Shown here: positions 43,263 through 59,274 of the stretch, in pieces
Numbering within the stretch: the first letter of the stretch is position 1
Layout of the letters: the number at the start of each line of letters is the position of its first letter
From: Microbotryum violaceum
Taxonomy: Eukaryota
Length of the DNA stretch: 64,000 bases
Direction: 5' to 3'
NCBI GenBank assembly: GCA_001244265.2
Contig: CDLV01000005.1
Location: 1,736,001 to 1,800,000, forward strand
Translations under genes and position numbers: made by a program
Notes under the pieces: generated by a model
Databases searched by the model: none
Seen by the model: the letters and a program-made list of their open reading frames with translations, nothing else
Told to the model about the DNA's origin: nothing

Positions 43263-44504
43263 AACATGTTTTACTCTTCAATCTAACCAGTTACTCTGAC
43301 TAGTCGGAAAAAATGCAGCCCTGCGGGCGGCCTGTTGTGGATGCACCAGCACACTGTTGTGGATGCCGCACCTGCCTGTGGTGTCCATGTTCCGATCAGA
43401 AGTCACGTACAAGCTCTGTGGCAAGTTTGTATTTTTCGCGCCAGTCGAACAAAGCTACAGCGTTCCCAGTATTTTCCGTCACTTTTTCGTTGACGTAGAG
43501 CTGTGCGAACACTTATATTGTATTTAATGGACGGCAAGCGCGTGGCTTTGTATGTCATTGCTTCTACAGCAGAGCTCCTCCTGACGGGCGGTGTGAGGGC
43601 GTGAAAGGCACGAGATCGCTCTCGAGCCTCACTGATTCCGAGTCCAAACAGAAAGGATCAAACGGTGTAATTCGCAGGCGAAGAAAGACTGCTAAAAGGA
43701 CTAAGGTCAAGAGACTCGGCGGCGCCGCGCGCGAGGGCAAGCGTGAGGCCGCAGAGCGCAGAGGTTGGCTCGAGGTCGTGGTGAGGCGTAAGCGGAGCGG
43801 CGCCTTACACTGGCGTCTGTCACGTGATGCGGCCAGGGAGGGCCATCGCAACCTCGCCAAGTCTTGGCCGCGACGAGTGAGTAATAGTCTCTCTGCTGTC
43901 TTTCGTCACTATACCGTTCGATTCTCCTGCTGTTTGGAATCCCATTAATTTTAACGGTCTTAATCCCGTAAATTAACGGGATCCCACTGGTCTAGGATAG
44001 CACGAATGATGCGTTCGTGCACTAGACTCAGGATATGCTCAAGATTGATGGTGGTATAGCCTTGTGAATGGATACCTACGAATCACGTCTCGAGTCGCAG
44101 AGCAAAACTAGAGTTATAAAGACCAGTCCACAGCAGAGGCCGAGGAGCCAGCCTACACGATATTCTTTCTCCTGTGGGGTACTCGTCATTCATTTGCACT
44201 ATACATGCCCCTCTACGAAGCACACAGGCACATACGCACACAATGCACACATGCACACATGCACACACACACGCACCTAGACCCCTTTCGATCCCACTGC
44301 ACCGAGCGAAAGCCCGTGATCGTGTCCCTTCCTCGGGTCCGGGACCGACTGACGTCTCCTCGCCTCCTTCCTATCCAGGATCTCGGTCTTGCTCTACGGC
44401 TTGGTGTACGAAGGATATTCTGCATATAACACTTTTGCTTGCATCAGTTCTCGAGTGGATGCCGTTGCGCACTTCACGAGGAAGGAGAATCAAGGATGAC
44501 TGAC

Positions 44505-44730
44505 CGTCGCGCCCGGGCACATGCCCGTAGCGACGATGCCATTCCATCAAAGATGCTCCCACTGTCACACGGATTGCGACATGAGCTTGATCCTCGACAA
44601 TGCGCGTAAAGCCGAGCGTATAACCGGTACCGCTGAGCGTCTTCGCCACGATGCCTCCTTGATAGGTGATCGTCATGACATCCTTGTCATCTTCCCATCC
44701 GCACTTGGCTCCCGATTTGAATAGAGGCGA
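44505..44730 (-). mobile_element. Copia pol fragment (pre-integrase region), near-identical to ~47190-47385
   Basis: [24 protein letters not shown]...[10 protein letters not shown]. Confidence 0.85.
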
Positions 44731-46218
44731 ACAAAAACCCGTAGGGGACACCTTCAAGCAAGGTTTGCATGTCAACTGCATCCGAGACGCACGAGAGATT
44801 GTGAGCCAACCGCTCCGAGCCCATCAAAGTGTCAAGGTCGCGTGTGGTGGGAAGTCGGGTACCAAGCACAGCGAGTCAGCGAAGGTGGGCGAGACTCACA
44901 GGTTGGCTTCGGATATGTGCAACAATACAAGCGAGAACATCAGCGGACTGCAATGCAAGTGTGCTCGATCGCCGACCGGGCCTTCGCGTGACTAGAAGTC
45001 CTGCAGGCGCTCATCGGGTCATCGGGCGCCGGTGGGCATGTGACGTCGATAGCAGGTAGAACGGTCGATTCAAACGACTGCACTTCTCGAACGACTACAC
45101 TTCCGACACAAAGAGAAGCGGATGGAGATGGAGATACAAAGACTTACGGTAGCGGTAAAAGGGACGGCAGAGAAGGTTCAATCTGATCAAGCGACTGAAG
45201 GTAGCAGGAGTTAGGAGAGACACAGCGAGGATCCGTGGTTCAGCTCGTCGTGGCCTATCGCGCCGGCCGAAAGCCTCTGGCGTCCACAAACTGCCGAAGG
45301 GACGCGTCAGTCGGCGTCAGCCTTACTTAAAGCTTGTGCGCGTGGGCGCGTCAGCTCGCGGCAGGTCGTGTCTGCGTGCCTGCCCGGGTCATTTCTGGGC
45401 CAAAATTACAGCTATTTGCGAAATGGCGGCGCGCTCAGTAACAAAAACGCGCGCGCTGTATACACGGTAAAGGGTTTGATCCCTCCAACTTGGTCGCGAG
45501 AAGTTGAGAACCAAGATCGAGCATTGCGACTACAGATAACCGATTGCGCGCCAGCTGGACACTAGCTGGACTGAATCCTACTCCCACCTCGCGGGCCTCC
45601 CGCGTCGCGTATCGAGCCCTCTGTCCGCACCCTCACTCCGCGACACCTCACACCCATACACCCAACGCAGTGACGCACGACCACGACCACCACCCCTCAC
45701 CTCAACCATGTCGCGCCTCTTGACTCGTGCTTTGACAGAGTCCATGTTGCACTCCGCATCAACTGGCAGGATGGGTGCTCGAGCCGCTTCGGGGGGCCAA
45801 CACTGCCACCCGCCGACTGGTTACCTCGTTGGCGAAAAGGTGTGTATGAGCAAGCTTGCACTAGGAGTGATGATGATGATCAACTCTTGAGCCTGCATTG
45901 TATCTCTACAGCCACCCGCCAAAGGCAGGAGAGCGATACCCCCTCGCACGTACGCTGTACTAAGCCCAACGTCACCCTCTTTCGCTGAACAGGTCAAGAA
46001 CACGTACGAGAGGCTGAGCCATCGCTCTTTTACTACGGGTTCGTAGTTGGAATAATAGCCTTTGCGGCCGTGCTCAAGTTTTACCAACCTGCTACGAGGT
46101 AAGCACGGAGAGCCCGGTTTGGAGTAGTCTCGCGAGGGTTGAGGGGCTGATTTTGATTGGCCCTGTTGACCCTTGTAGTCTGTCACGCAAGGAAGAAGGC
46201 TAAATGGCCGCAGCGTGA

Positions 46219-48838
<2,620 letters not shown>

Positions 48839-48989
48839 TGTAAACAACCAGCCGCCTCTGCCGCCTCTACCGGTCCCCGCACAACACCCGCGTGCCCCGC
48901 GCCACTGCTGACACCATAAGTAGTCCCTCTGGACCGCCGACCCGACTAACTTCGCACAACAAATCGCGCGCGCGCGACAGGTTGTGCAC

Positions 48990-50115
48990 CTCGATTCCGT
49001 CGCCGCGGCGCTGGTCAATGCGACTGCCTCGAATGTCACCTGCAAGGCACCTGCTGTTCTAGCTCAAGATCGTGACTTCGGGTTATCGCCAGTCACAAGA
49101 GTATGCTAGGAGGATCGATTTAATGACCCTGCACCTACCGCGACCGGATTCATGTGCAGGAAAAAGCTGCTGCGCCGATCCTCACGCGACGTCATGTTCG
49201 AACCGTCCAACTCTACCTCGTGTGCCGAGCAATACGTAGTCGTCAATCAGAGATGTGAAATTCGATGCGCACCTCTGCGCGTTGCTGCCGACAATAGTAG
49301 GTCAAGTCAGCTTGATACATTAGGAGTGGTTAGGGAAGCTGTAAAACTCATCTGCTCGATGAGATGGCGATTGCTGCATGGATTCTCACGCGACATCTTG
49401 CTGGAACCCCTGGCACTGGCTACCTGTGAGCCTGGTTGGGGGTTTCAAGGTGGGACCTCATGCGTGCGCATAACTTGTCGCACCCATTACTCCCTGTTGG
49501 CAAACAATGGTAAGCTCAGCTCTCCGTTCAAACGGAACTCCAAGGCCCTCCGACTTTATCGCTCACCTCTTTCGTGTTCCAAACCCTGATGGGATCGTTA
49601 CACAGGCCGTACAGTGGCTGCTGCTCGGACGCCTTCGCGCTGTCCTGCTCAGATCCCGCCACCGCGACCAATTGTCGTTTGGGCTACAAACTCGTCAACG
49701 GTGCTTGTTCCACTATCCCCTTCGGCTTTGTACCCAATCCAGGCGTATCAAACGACGGTGAGTCTTCTGGTTTTGGGCCCACCATGTTGGCAGGTTCGTT
49801 ACAATAATCAGTGTTCTCGGTATCATTACAGGCGAGGGCTGTTGCTCCGACCCTATGGCTACTACGGCGTGCTCTGCGCCCAATAACGCCACCGACTGCG
49901 CAAAGGGATACTTGCGTCAAAGGGGTGGCAGTTGCTGGGAGATTCCTCGATGTCTAAACCCGATCATTTTGGCAGATGGTGAGCAGTTCTGGTTCTTGGC
50001 GTTCAGACCCAAGCTTCTTCGACTACGGACTCACCTGCCAATCATTCCCATCCATCCACAAAGGTGTCGGTTGCTGTCAGGACCCACACGCTACAGCCTG
50101 CGCATATGGAAGGTG
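48990..50115 (+). CDS. Cysteine-rich repeat protein, one module per exon (possibly a pseudogene)
   Basis: Modules SCCADPHATSC, DCCMDSHATSC, GCCSDAFALSC, GCCSDPMATTAC, GCCQDPHATAC separated by GT-AG introns; two 1-nt frameshifts in C-runs; start codon not found. Confidence 0.6.
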
Positions 50116-52125
50116 ACTGCGCGCGCACGAGGTTACAAAAAGGGCCAGAACCATGTATGCACTTGGACGCCTTGGTGGGGGAAGCTTGTGCCATTTTGGT
50201 CCACTGCATTGGGGCTTAGAACGGCTTGAACAAACGAGTAGAGGTATTGTCGTTTTACCCAGGCTCCGCTGTCGTGTCTGACTTTTGGAAGGATATTACA
50301 CAGCGCTTCTGTGGTCCTTCATCCGGCGCAGTAGAACATAAGTTGCCCTCGGTGCCAAGGTCAAAATGAGAATCATGGCCCAAAACAGATTGTGACATTA
50401 ATACTCCTGGGGCCTACTGCAAGGGCGTAGAGCTTTCTTCATATGGCGGAAATGATATAAATCTATGTCTGATCAAAAAGATTCGGTGCATAGTAATCAA
50501 GGCCACGGGGTGTCACCTGATGTAGTAGCTGTGCTCCGCGGGAGGTACGGCCCCCTCGGCGCGCCATCACTGCCGCCTGAACTTCTGGCACCGGCCACGG
50601 TACAATAGCATCATACTTTTCCGAAGACCTTCGAGTCCGCAGGGGAGGCACCATACGTTGAACTGACTACCCACATCAGTGCCTACAACCTGCTTGGAAT
50701 TATTGTGATTAAAGACGCAGACAGGGCTGCAACAGTAGTTAGCCTCTCTAGATCTGCGTGTGGGATGATCGGAGGGCGCGGCGCTCACACCTAACTTCAT
50801 GATGCCACATTGCCTGCAGTTAGTCAGAATCGAACTATGCCCAGATCTGACTGTCTGGAAAAACTTCCTCCTGGGTTAAAGATGTGTTTAGCGTCCTACA
50901 TGGGCCCCCCGAGACTGCCAACTTGAAGCTGGGGCCGCCATCAAATTCGGCGCCGGTTTCAGCCCGGCTCGCCGAACGCCAACCGATTCGAAGCCTTGGC
51001 ACATCGCCAAGTTACATACTCCTTGCATGCTGAGCTCGACAAGGATGGAAATTCACGCCGTATTGGTCGAGCTTTACCAGCCGAGTTGTTCGTCGTTTGT
51101 CGCCCATGGTGTTTGTCATCATATGGTTGCATCGTCCTTCAGTTTACGTATAGTACCTGTTATAGTACTTCGTCTTGAGCCTCTAGCGACTTCATGAATC
51201 CCTTCAGCACCTCATTTGTCTTTACCCTTTTAGTCCCTATTAGCTCTTTATTATATCCGCTTATCATCCCTTTCTAGTCCTTCTGGAGTTCGTCCCTTAG
51301 CCTTTGGCCACTCTGTTCTTGTCCCGTTCCATTGGACTGAGTCGTGGTCTTCATCAGTTACCACATGAGAACATTCTGCGACAGTGTTTTGCCACAAACC
51401 GTCGGCTCCTTTGCCGAATCGGCGGTGCATCGGCGATAACAGGTAGCTCTCGCGGCGTTGAACTCTGACTTGGGTAGGTCTGAAAATTGACTTAAATGTG
51501 AGATTACATGGCTCTAGATGCCACGTTCATACCGGCGTCTAATCGAGTCCGGAGAGTATCGGATTTTACAGAAGATTTGCAACATCGGGTTGGGAGCGTG
51601 ACAAACTCCGAGGGGACGACGCGCCCAAGGCGTCGGCGGCAGACCGGCTCGGCGGAGCGCTCGTCGACAACGGACGAACTAGAATAGGTGCATGTGCACT
51701 TTAATTCATAGAGCTTGGTCTCGGTCTTTTCACAGGTTCCGGAAAACGACGCGATGAAAAATGATTTCTTGGGGAAATTTGTAGCATAGCAGGAGATGCA
51801 ACCTAGCTCGGTTTCGAGGGCTTTCGCGTAGCAGGTTCGGGCCCGGCTTTGAGGTTGCCGAGGCTGATTAGGTCAGCGGCTCGAGTCGCGAGTTTGTCAG
51901 CCAGAGTGGGAGCATTGTCAGCATAAACCGAGCGATTGTCGTCATCGTCATTCACCTTCGCACCGAACGTGTCTCTCTCCTACTTTTCCCCTCCTTCACA
52001 ACCCATTCCAGCTTCACTGCAACAACGCACCTTCAGCTTAGGCTCTTCTACTTGACTTCGCACGTCGTACCCACACACACGTAAATATCCCCCGCCCCTC
52101 TATTTCTGCCGATTTCCAATTCGCC

Positions 52126-53780
52126 ATGTCGTCCTCCGCCGATTTGCTCAGCCAGCCGGTGACGTTCCACCAGTCGGGCAAGCAGTCGCCCAATGTGTTT
52201 CTCAAATCGGCCATGACCGAGCGCTTGTGCACCTACGACCAGGAAGATCTTGATTCTCGAGGAAAGTAAGTCTCCGGATCCTCTCAAGCTCCTTCACGCT
52301 CGTTCGGATTCCGCCGAGCGATCTCGGACGACAGCCCAGCGACAAGAGCCTGGCCTGCGAGTTTTGTCGGGGAGCTGTCTTTCCGCGCGAGTCCCGGATG
52401 TATCACCTAGTGCAGCTTTAGAGTACTAATTTTTTTTCCGCTCTCTACAGGCCCACTCCCGAGTACATCAAGTTGTACGAGGAATGGGGCAAGGGCAAGA
52501 CGGGTGTGATCGTGCTCGGCAACATTCCCGTTGATCGAGAGGGTCTTGAGGCTCAAAAGAATGCCATCATTGACAAGCGCTCGGTGAGCTCAGTCTCGCC
52601 GAATACGAGACCACAGCAGTGTGCTTATCCCCCTCGCTGCTTCACCAGCCATGGGATCCGGTCGAAGCTTTCAAGCCCGTCATTGCCGCTGCCAAGGCCC
52701 ACGGCTCGCTCGTCATCGGCCAATTGACCCACGGTGGTCGACAAGTCTCAACGGCAGTCACCTCGCACCCCATTTCGTCGTCCGACGTCCAGCAGCCCCC
52801 TGCGATGGGTATGGAGTTCGCCAAGCCCCGACCGGCGACAATCGAAGAGATCGACGCCCTCGTCGAGGCGTGGGCTTACGCCGCCGAGGTTTTGTACAAG
52901 GCCGGCGCTGATGGTGCCCAGTTGCACGGTGCTCATGGGTGAGTGCGGGTCTGCGGTTCGTGAAAGATCATGAGAGCCGAGTGCTCAAGCCTTCTGCCTT
53001 CCTTTTCTTGGCGTAGTTACCTTTTGAGTCAGTTCCTCTCGGCCCGAGTCAACAAGCGAACGGACGACTACGGTGGATCGCTCGAGAACCGTTACCGTAT
53101 CGTGTCGCGCATCCTTGCGGCGATGCGTGAGCGCGTCCCCCTCGACAAGTTCATCCTCTCGGCCAAGCTCAACTCGGCCGACTTCCAAGAGGGAGGTTTC
53201 ACCGAGGGCGAATCCAAGCAGGTCTGCCAATGGTTGGAGAGGGACGGCGTTGATTTGATCGAGTTGAGTGGTGGAACGTACGAAGGTTCGGGCTTCCAGC
53301 ACCGAAAGGAGTCGACCAAGAAGAGGGAGAGCTACTTCCTCGAGTTTGCCGACGAGATCCGTGAGTCTTGCCTCTGCGCGTTACATGGCACTGTGGCAGA
53401 AAAAGCTGACACTACACCGATCCTTTGCATAACCAGGCCCCGTTTTGAAGACGGCCAAACTCGCCGTGACGGGAGGTTTCCGATCCCGTTCCGCGATGGA
53501 GCAAGCCCTCTCGGACAAGTCGTGTGACCTCATCGGTCTCGCACGCCCCTTGACCGCCGAACCCAGCTTCTCCGGCGATCTCATCTCGGGCAAGACGACG
53601 GCAGCGAAGGAGAACAAGGTCGACCCTTCGGTCCAAACGGTCACCTCCATCTACCAGATCCACCAGATCGCGAACGGCGCCGACATCGCTGATTTGAGCG
53701 ATGCCAACACGGCGGAGAAGACGCTCAATAAGGCTTTGGGCAAGGATGAGAGTCAGGATGCTAAGCACCCTGAGAACTAG
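52126..53780 (+). CDS. NADH:flavin oxidoreductase / Old Yellow Enzyme family
   Basis: FLKSAMTE, QLTHGGRQ, QLHGAHGYLLSQFLS, NKRTDDYGGSLENR, KLNSADFQ, IELSGGTYE, TGGFRS, IGLARP. Confidence 0.92.
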
Positions 53781-54057
53781 AGTTGTCCATCTTTCCTATT
53801 TATAGAGTCGTTTCGAAGAGGAAACGCTTGTGCAGATTTATATATACGATCCGAGAGGAGCAGACGTAAATGTGATGCTTCAGTCCTTCATGTGCAGTGA
53901 TGAAAATGAGAGGAGAGCTGATAATACAGGAACGGGAGGTCTACTGATTGCAAGATGACTAGACGGGTTGCGGTATGGAGTACAAGTGCGGCGAGTTCGT
54001 AAGTTGGTCATATGTCGGACTGGGAAGGCCTGGTAGTTGAGGAAGAGGGAGCGTGGA

Positions 54058-54910
54058 TTATGCCTGGAGCAAAAAAAACGTACATTGGTTTCAGTTCGGG
54101 TTTACATCGCATGTCCTGAAGAAGCGAGACTCACATCTTCATCGACGACCTCCTTTCGAATGTACAGATCGATGATGCCCGAGAAGGCGGCGAAGCCCAG
54201 ACCTGATCGTATTCGCAAGAAAGATGTTATTAGTAGACGAGGTCGGCAGCGATCTGCAAAATGCCGTAGGCACTCACCGCCCAAAACCATAGCCCTCGGC
54301 CCCGAATTCCGGCCCAAGACGGCACCCGAGATGGCTCCGGCGTACAAGGCGTTGTAAATATCGTTCTTTGCTCGGTACTGGAAGAATCACATCCGATGTC
54401 AGCTCGAATGCTTGCCCTAATTGGTATTCATTCGCGAGACTCAAAGCACGGACTCACTCCTTCAACGACACACTCCGTCCCTGCGTACAGAGCACCGACC
54501 ATACCGAACCCTTTCCCTTGCCTCCACATCCCCTTTCCCATGTCTTTGAATATGATCTTGGCCTTTTCGGAGGTCTTCATGCCGTCGTATTGCGCGGCTC
54601 GGAACGGGTCTTCGAGCGTGAACGACGAGCCCATCAGCGAAAAGAAGGCGCCGATACCGAATCCTGGGAAGCAGTGTAGATGCAGGAGTCAGTACATATT
54701 CACTTTCCATTATACAATCAAATGAGGGTCCTCCCACGCACCCATTGCACCACTAATGCCCGCCTTGGCGATCGGGGACTCGATCCCAGCCTGGACCCAT
54801 CGCATCTGCTTCATCTGGAACAGGATCTGTTGCCTCTCCTCCGGCGTCTTGGGTTCGCCCGTTGGTGAAGGCTCGTAGCCTGGTACGACAAAGGGGGCGG
54901 TGTATTCCAT
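54058..54910 (-). CDS. TIM22: Mitochondrial inner-membrane translocase Tim22
   Basis: [66 protein letters not shown]; last coding exon appears to be Ala-stop. Confidence 0.9.
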
Positions 54911-55320
54911 CACCGGTGGACGGTGTGTGGTGTGGTGATGTGGTGCGGAGCTAGCCGGAGTCGAAGCCGGAGTCCCGCGCGCGTGTCGCTTGCGAAGCTC
55001 TCGGAAACGACGGCGAGCCGATCGATCTTGTTGCGGAACGGCATTGGAACAAGCGCGGGTGGCGATTCCGGCTCTCCCTCTTGGCACCCGCCTCTCCCAG
55101 TACCAGACACGGATAGCCCCCGCACTCTCACGGTCACCTAAGGTCAGTCTAGATGCTCCAGCACAGCGGGGTTGACGGTCTCGCTCTTCGCAGCCGGGAG
55201 TGCCGCAGTTCCAAGCTTAGAGCTCACCAGCACGGCTTCTACCTTTACAGGGATTCCCAAAGCAACCACACAAAGCGTACATCGCTTTCAAGCGAGTCCA
55301 AACCAAACGTAATCAAAACC

Positions 55321-56019
55321 ATGTCCCAAGCCCAAGCTTCGACCTCGAGCTCCGCTTCGACCCCTATCCCGGACCTAATCCTCCCGCTCTTCGCTCGATC
55401 GATCCTCGACCTCCTGCACGTCTGGCCCGCGGTACGCATCGCCATCACCCAAGGCTGGGCCCCATCGACAGCGATAACCGTCCTAGCCGAGGACGTCGTC
55501 GACCTCTTCTACACCACCGCTTCGACGGACGATAATCCGAATGGAGAAGCCCTTCCCGACCCTACCGACGTCGAGGATGTCCTATTGCATGTCCTCGCCA
55601 ACGCTTTCAATTTGACCTTGGAGGATGATTCCGAAACTCAAGTTGCCAAGGACGCGATCAAGATTTGGCAAGAGTGTTTGAGGAGGGTCGTGGGTGAGCT
55701 CTCGGGGAAGGTGATCCCGCCACCGAGCGGGGAGGAAGGCATCTTGGAAGCGTTCGAAAAGGCCGCGGTCAAGGCTAAAGCGGAGGATGGGACGGGGGTA
55801 TATCGTGGTGCGATGCGGCAGGGGGATGAGAGTAGTGATGACGAGGATGGGGAGGGGAGTGGGGACGATGACGACGAGGATGGGATGCAGGTCGATGGGG
55901 ATACAGAGATGGGCGAATTGATTGATACGACACCAGCGGCAGCTCCGAGGAGGCAGGAGCCGGAGATTGATGAGGATGGGTTCCAAATGGTCACGGGGAA
56001 ACGGGGAGGGAGGAGGTGA
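55321..56019 (+). CDS. TSR2: Pre-rRNA processing protein Tsr2
   Basis: LHVWPAVRIAITQGW, VEDVL..FNLTLEDDSETQVA, acidic tract, EIDEDGFQMV; single exon, divergent from TIM22. Confidence 0.82.
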   Translation: MSQAQASTSSSASTPIPDLILPLFARSILDLLHVWPAVRIAITQGWAPSTAITVLAEDVVDLFYTTASTDDNPNGEALPDPTDVEDVLLHVLANAFNLTLEDDSETQVAKDAIKIWQECLRRVVGELSGKVIPPPSGEEGILEAFEKAAVKAKAEDGTGVYRGAMRQGDESSDDEDGEGSGDDDDEDGMQVDGDTEMGELIDTTPAAAPRRQEPEIDEDGFQMVTGKRGGRR

Positions 56020-56552
56020 GACGGAAGCATTGTAGCTTGATCTTGCGCGGGATGAAGAGTATGCAAGAAATTCCGAAGTTGCCAAGTGAAATAGATGCCA
56101 TGGCTGTACTCGGATCCACGAGGTCGAAAGCATAAGATTGACGGAGATGTGATACAATTGTTGTCAGCAAAAGGCCGTGCTCGAGTGGGCGCGGGGCACG
56201 CGCCGCATCGAGCTCGGAGTGCGTGGGAAACGAAACGAGACACTCGGATTAAACTCTATAGACTCTAGGTATCTCAGTACTGTCTTCAGCCAGGACACCC
56301 GTTCATCTCTCCTTCCACTTGAGCTTGCGCAAGAAGTTCGCCCAGCTCACACAGAGACCGGCGAAACGCGTGGCTTGGTCCCCTAGCTCGTAATTTGGGT
56401 GGTACAGCGGGCTCGCAGCATTAGTCAAGATATAACGATAACTTTTGAAGACCCGCAGTGAGACACTCGGGTCGCTAAGTGCTCCGCAACCTCAATTTCC
56501 TCCCACTTGCCATCGACTCGCCGGATCCGGGCGTCGAAGCTTTTATCTCCAA

Positions 56553-57081
56553 TCAATAGTACGCCACGCTCTTGCAGCCGCAGGCGTCGGAACAGTATCG
56601 CCAGCTGCGCATAAAAACGTTCTCGATATGTTAATGGTAGGCGCCCCATTCAAACCTGTGACTGGCTGTCCCAGTCGAGCACAAAAACCTACGTTCTCGA
56701 GACGTTCCGAGCATCGTTCCAGCATAATCTTGCGCACTCACTGTGAGAAGGGCGACAGCGGCATGAAAATATTCAGCGACTGTAGGCTCTCACTCTGGAC
56801 ATACTTAGGTCTCAATAGTGCCCAACTCACTCGCACGGGGCTTTCTTCTTCTTGATCCGTAGAGGTGTCTGGGGCGCTTGCCGCTTCTCAGACTGGACAT
56901 GTGGTTGAAGCTTGCCTTTGAAAGCCTTGTTTTGCGGACTGTGAATCAGACTCTTAAGTAAAGTACTTTCTTACGGTTTGTCTGAATTGGCCAGAACAGC
57001 GACTCACCTGGGCTCACCCGAGACAACGCTGATGAGCGCGAGGAGCATCACGACGAGTGAGCAAAGTCGAGGCGCGCTCAT
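56553..57081 (-). CDS. Small secreted Cys-rich prepropeptide (93 aa, 4 exons)
   Basis: Three GT-AG introns give MSAPRLCSLVVMLLALISVVSGEPSPQNKAFKGKLQPHVQSEKRQAPQTPLRIKKKKAPCDECARLCWNDARNVSRTWRYCSDACGCKSVAYY*. Confidence 0.7.
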
Positions 57082-57704
57082 CACTGTTCGGGCTGAAAAA
57101 CGTCTAAAATGGTTCAGGCTATCGATGAGTATGATTCGTGTCACAACCTGATACTAGATGGGTTAGAAGTCCACTTCGCTCAGCATACGGTCGATGCGAA
57201 TCCGCACTACGCGCGGCGAATAGCAAGATGAAGGGAAAGAGGAGGTGAGGACTCACGTGACATACCCGAGCACTTGCCCGATAGCATCGTGGCATGACCT
57301 AGATCCCTGAGGAGCCATGTGATGGGCTCGGGCTTTACTCGAACTGGAGTCGCGAAGAGGTCCGTAAGTCGAAGCGGACAGCAGCGTTGAGATCGTTGAG
57401 ACGCAAGCGGGGTCTCCTGAAAAAAACACCTCCTATCCGTCAATCTGCGACGCTCTTGGTTCCCTACTTCCGGCTACTGGGGTACTGGGGCTGTTTCTAA
57501 CAATTTGAATTCTTTCTAGAGGCTAGGCAGTATCGGCCATCAATCAGCAAGTCAACAATTGCTTATTTCAGTACGTTTAAATATGCAATTTTGAGGTTAA
57601 TTCGCTTTTGTCAGTTGTGCGCTTCTCCTCCGCTCCCCACACACGTCATCACGTCTCCGACGACCCTATTTTGGTCTCATCTGGACGTTGCTCTCTTTGC
57701 CGAC

Positions 57705-59274
57705 ATGTCTGATTCTGCAGGATGGTCGTTGACCGAGTCAGGTCAGTCTCATTACGTACTTTGATGTAGTACCTTGATGCACTCGCTGACGCGTCGCCGC
57801 TCTGCTCGCCCACCTCACTCTTCCCCCGTCAACTCGCCCCTGTTCATCCCCATTGCACGGACACAACTCGATCCAGATCCCGGAATCATGACCGGTATCC
57901 TGCACGAACTCGGGCTGAAGTCGCTCGACGTCGAAGAACTCTACGCACTCGACCCGTCCCTGCTCTCCAGCTTCGAGCCCCTCCATGCGCTCATCTTCCT
58001 CTTCAAATGGATAGGCAACAAAGACCCTTCCACATCCGGAGGATCGTACGTCGAAATCCCGGATGAGAAGGGGTACTTTGCTCATCAGGTCATCAATAAT
58101 GCGTGCGCTTCAATCGCATTGATCAATGCGGTTATGAATTTGGGGGAAGACTGGGATTTGGGGGACGAGTTGAGCAATCTGAAGATGTTTAGTACCGGGC
58201 TGGGGGCGGAGGATAAAGGCTGGACGATCTCGAACTCGGAGAAGATTAGGCAGGGTGAGTACTGTGGGATAAGGGCATGGGGAGCGAACGGATGGGAAGC
58301 TGACTGGATCGGTTCTTTTCGACGGCGCTTCAAGTGCACAACTCGTTCGCAAGAGCGGACCCATTCCATCTCGAAGAGAGTCGACCACCGACCGATGATG
58401 ACGACGCCTACCACTTTATCTGTCAGTCTTTCGGATACTCACCGGGGGAACACCCTTGCGTACGCCTTGACACTGACACCGCCTTCGATTACCACATGAC
58501 GCTTTCAACGTTGCACCGGCTATTCCGACATGATCGCATCAGGCTACGTCCCGATAGGTGATACACTGTATGTGACTAGCCATATTTGATGTCATTCGAA
58601 TAGTCAACTGAGTATGCTCCCATGCCCTTTGACCGGAACAGGTACGAACTCGACGGCCTCAAACCGTCGCCCGTTTCCCACGGCGTCATTCCTGGCGGGA
58701 GAGAGAAGTGGACGATGCATGCCAAAGAGTACGTCCTCAAACTGTGGGAGAAACCGACTATTCTACAAACTTATACGGGCTTTCTTTTCCTTTGTCTCTC
58801 CTAGCGTCCTCGGACGGCGCATCTCGACCCACCCTCCAGGCGAAGTCATGTTCAACCTCCTCTGCATCACCTCGCGGCGCCATCAACTTGAGCAAAAACT
58901 GGCCAGATTGCAAGGTTCCACTTCCGACGGAACGGTTGGGAGTGGTTCGGAGTGGGAGATGAAGGAGCATTTGAGGGAGATTGAGGAGAGGCTGAAAGGG
59001 TGGGAAGTGGAGAATGAGTTGAGGCGACATAATTACGTTGGGTTGGTGAGTCGTCACGCTTCCTTATCGAGGTTTCCAATTCGTGTTGGGCATGCTGCTG
59101 ATCAAATACCGCACATCTTGTTCTTTTGTGACTTCTCAACAGATCCACGCCCTCTTACTCGAACTTGCTAAGAAGGGGGAGCTGACCCCGGCGATTGAAG
59201 AGGCCAAGAAGACGATGCAGAAGAAGGTCGAGGAGAGGAGGAGTAAAGGGCAGGAGATGGAGCCGGACGAGTAG
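57705..59274 (+). CDS. UCH37: Ubiquitin C-terminal hydrolase, UCH37/UCHL5 type (peptidase C12)
   Basis: WSLTES-DPG, ALIFLFKW, QVINNACAS, HNSFAR, AYHFI, YELDGL, ENELRRHNY. Confidence 0.9.

Noticed and set aside
43940-44283. Possible hAT-like end (...GGGATCCCACTG) and GGTCTAGG/CCTAGACC-bounded segment with a CA-rich microsatellite
   Set aside because: No partner end or TSD found; too weak to classify
50900-51480. Weak inverted similarity around a stop-rich, AT-shifted tract (decayed TE or RIP-like)
   Set aside because: Matches too short and no reference copy to polarise the mutations
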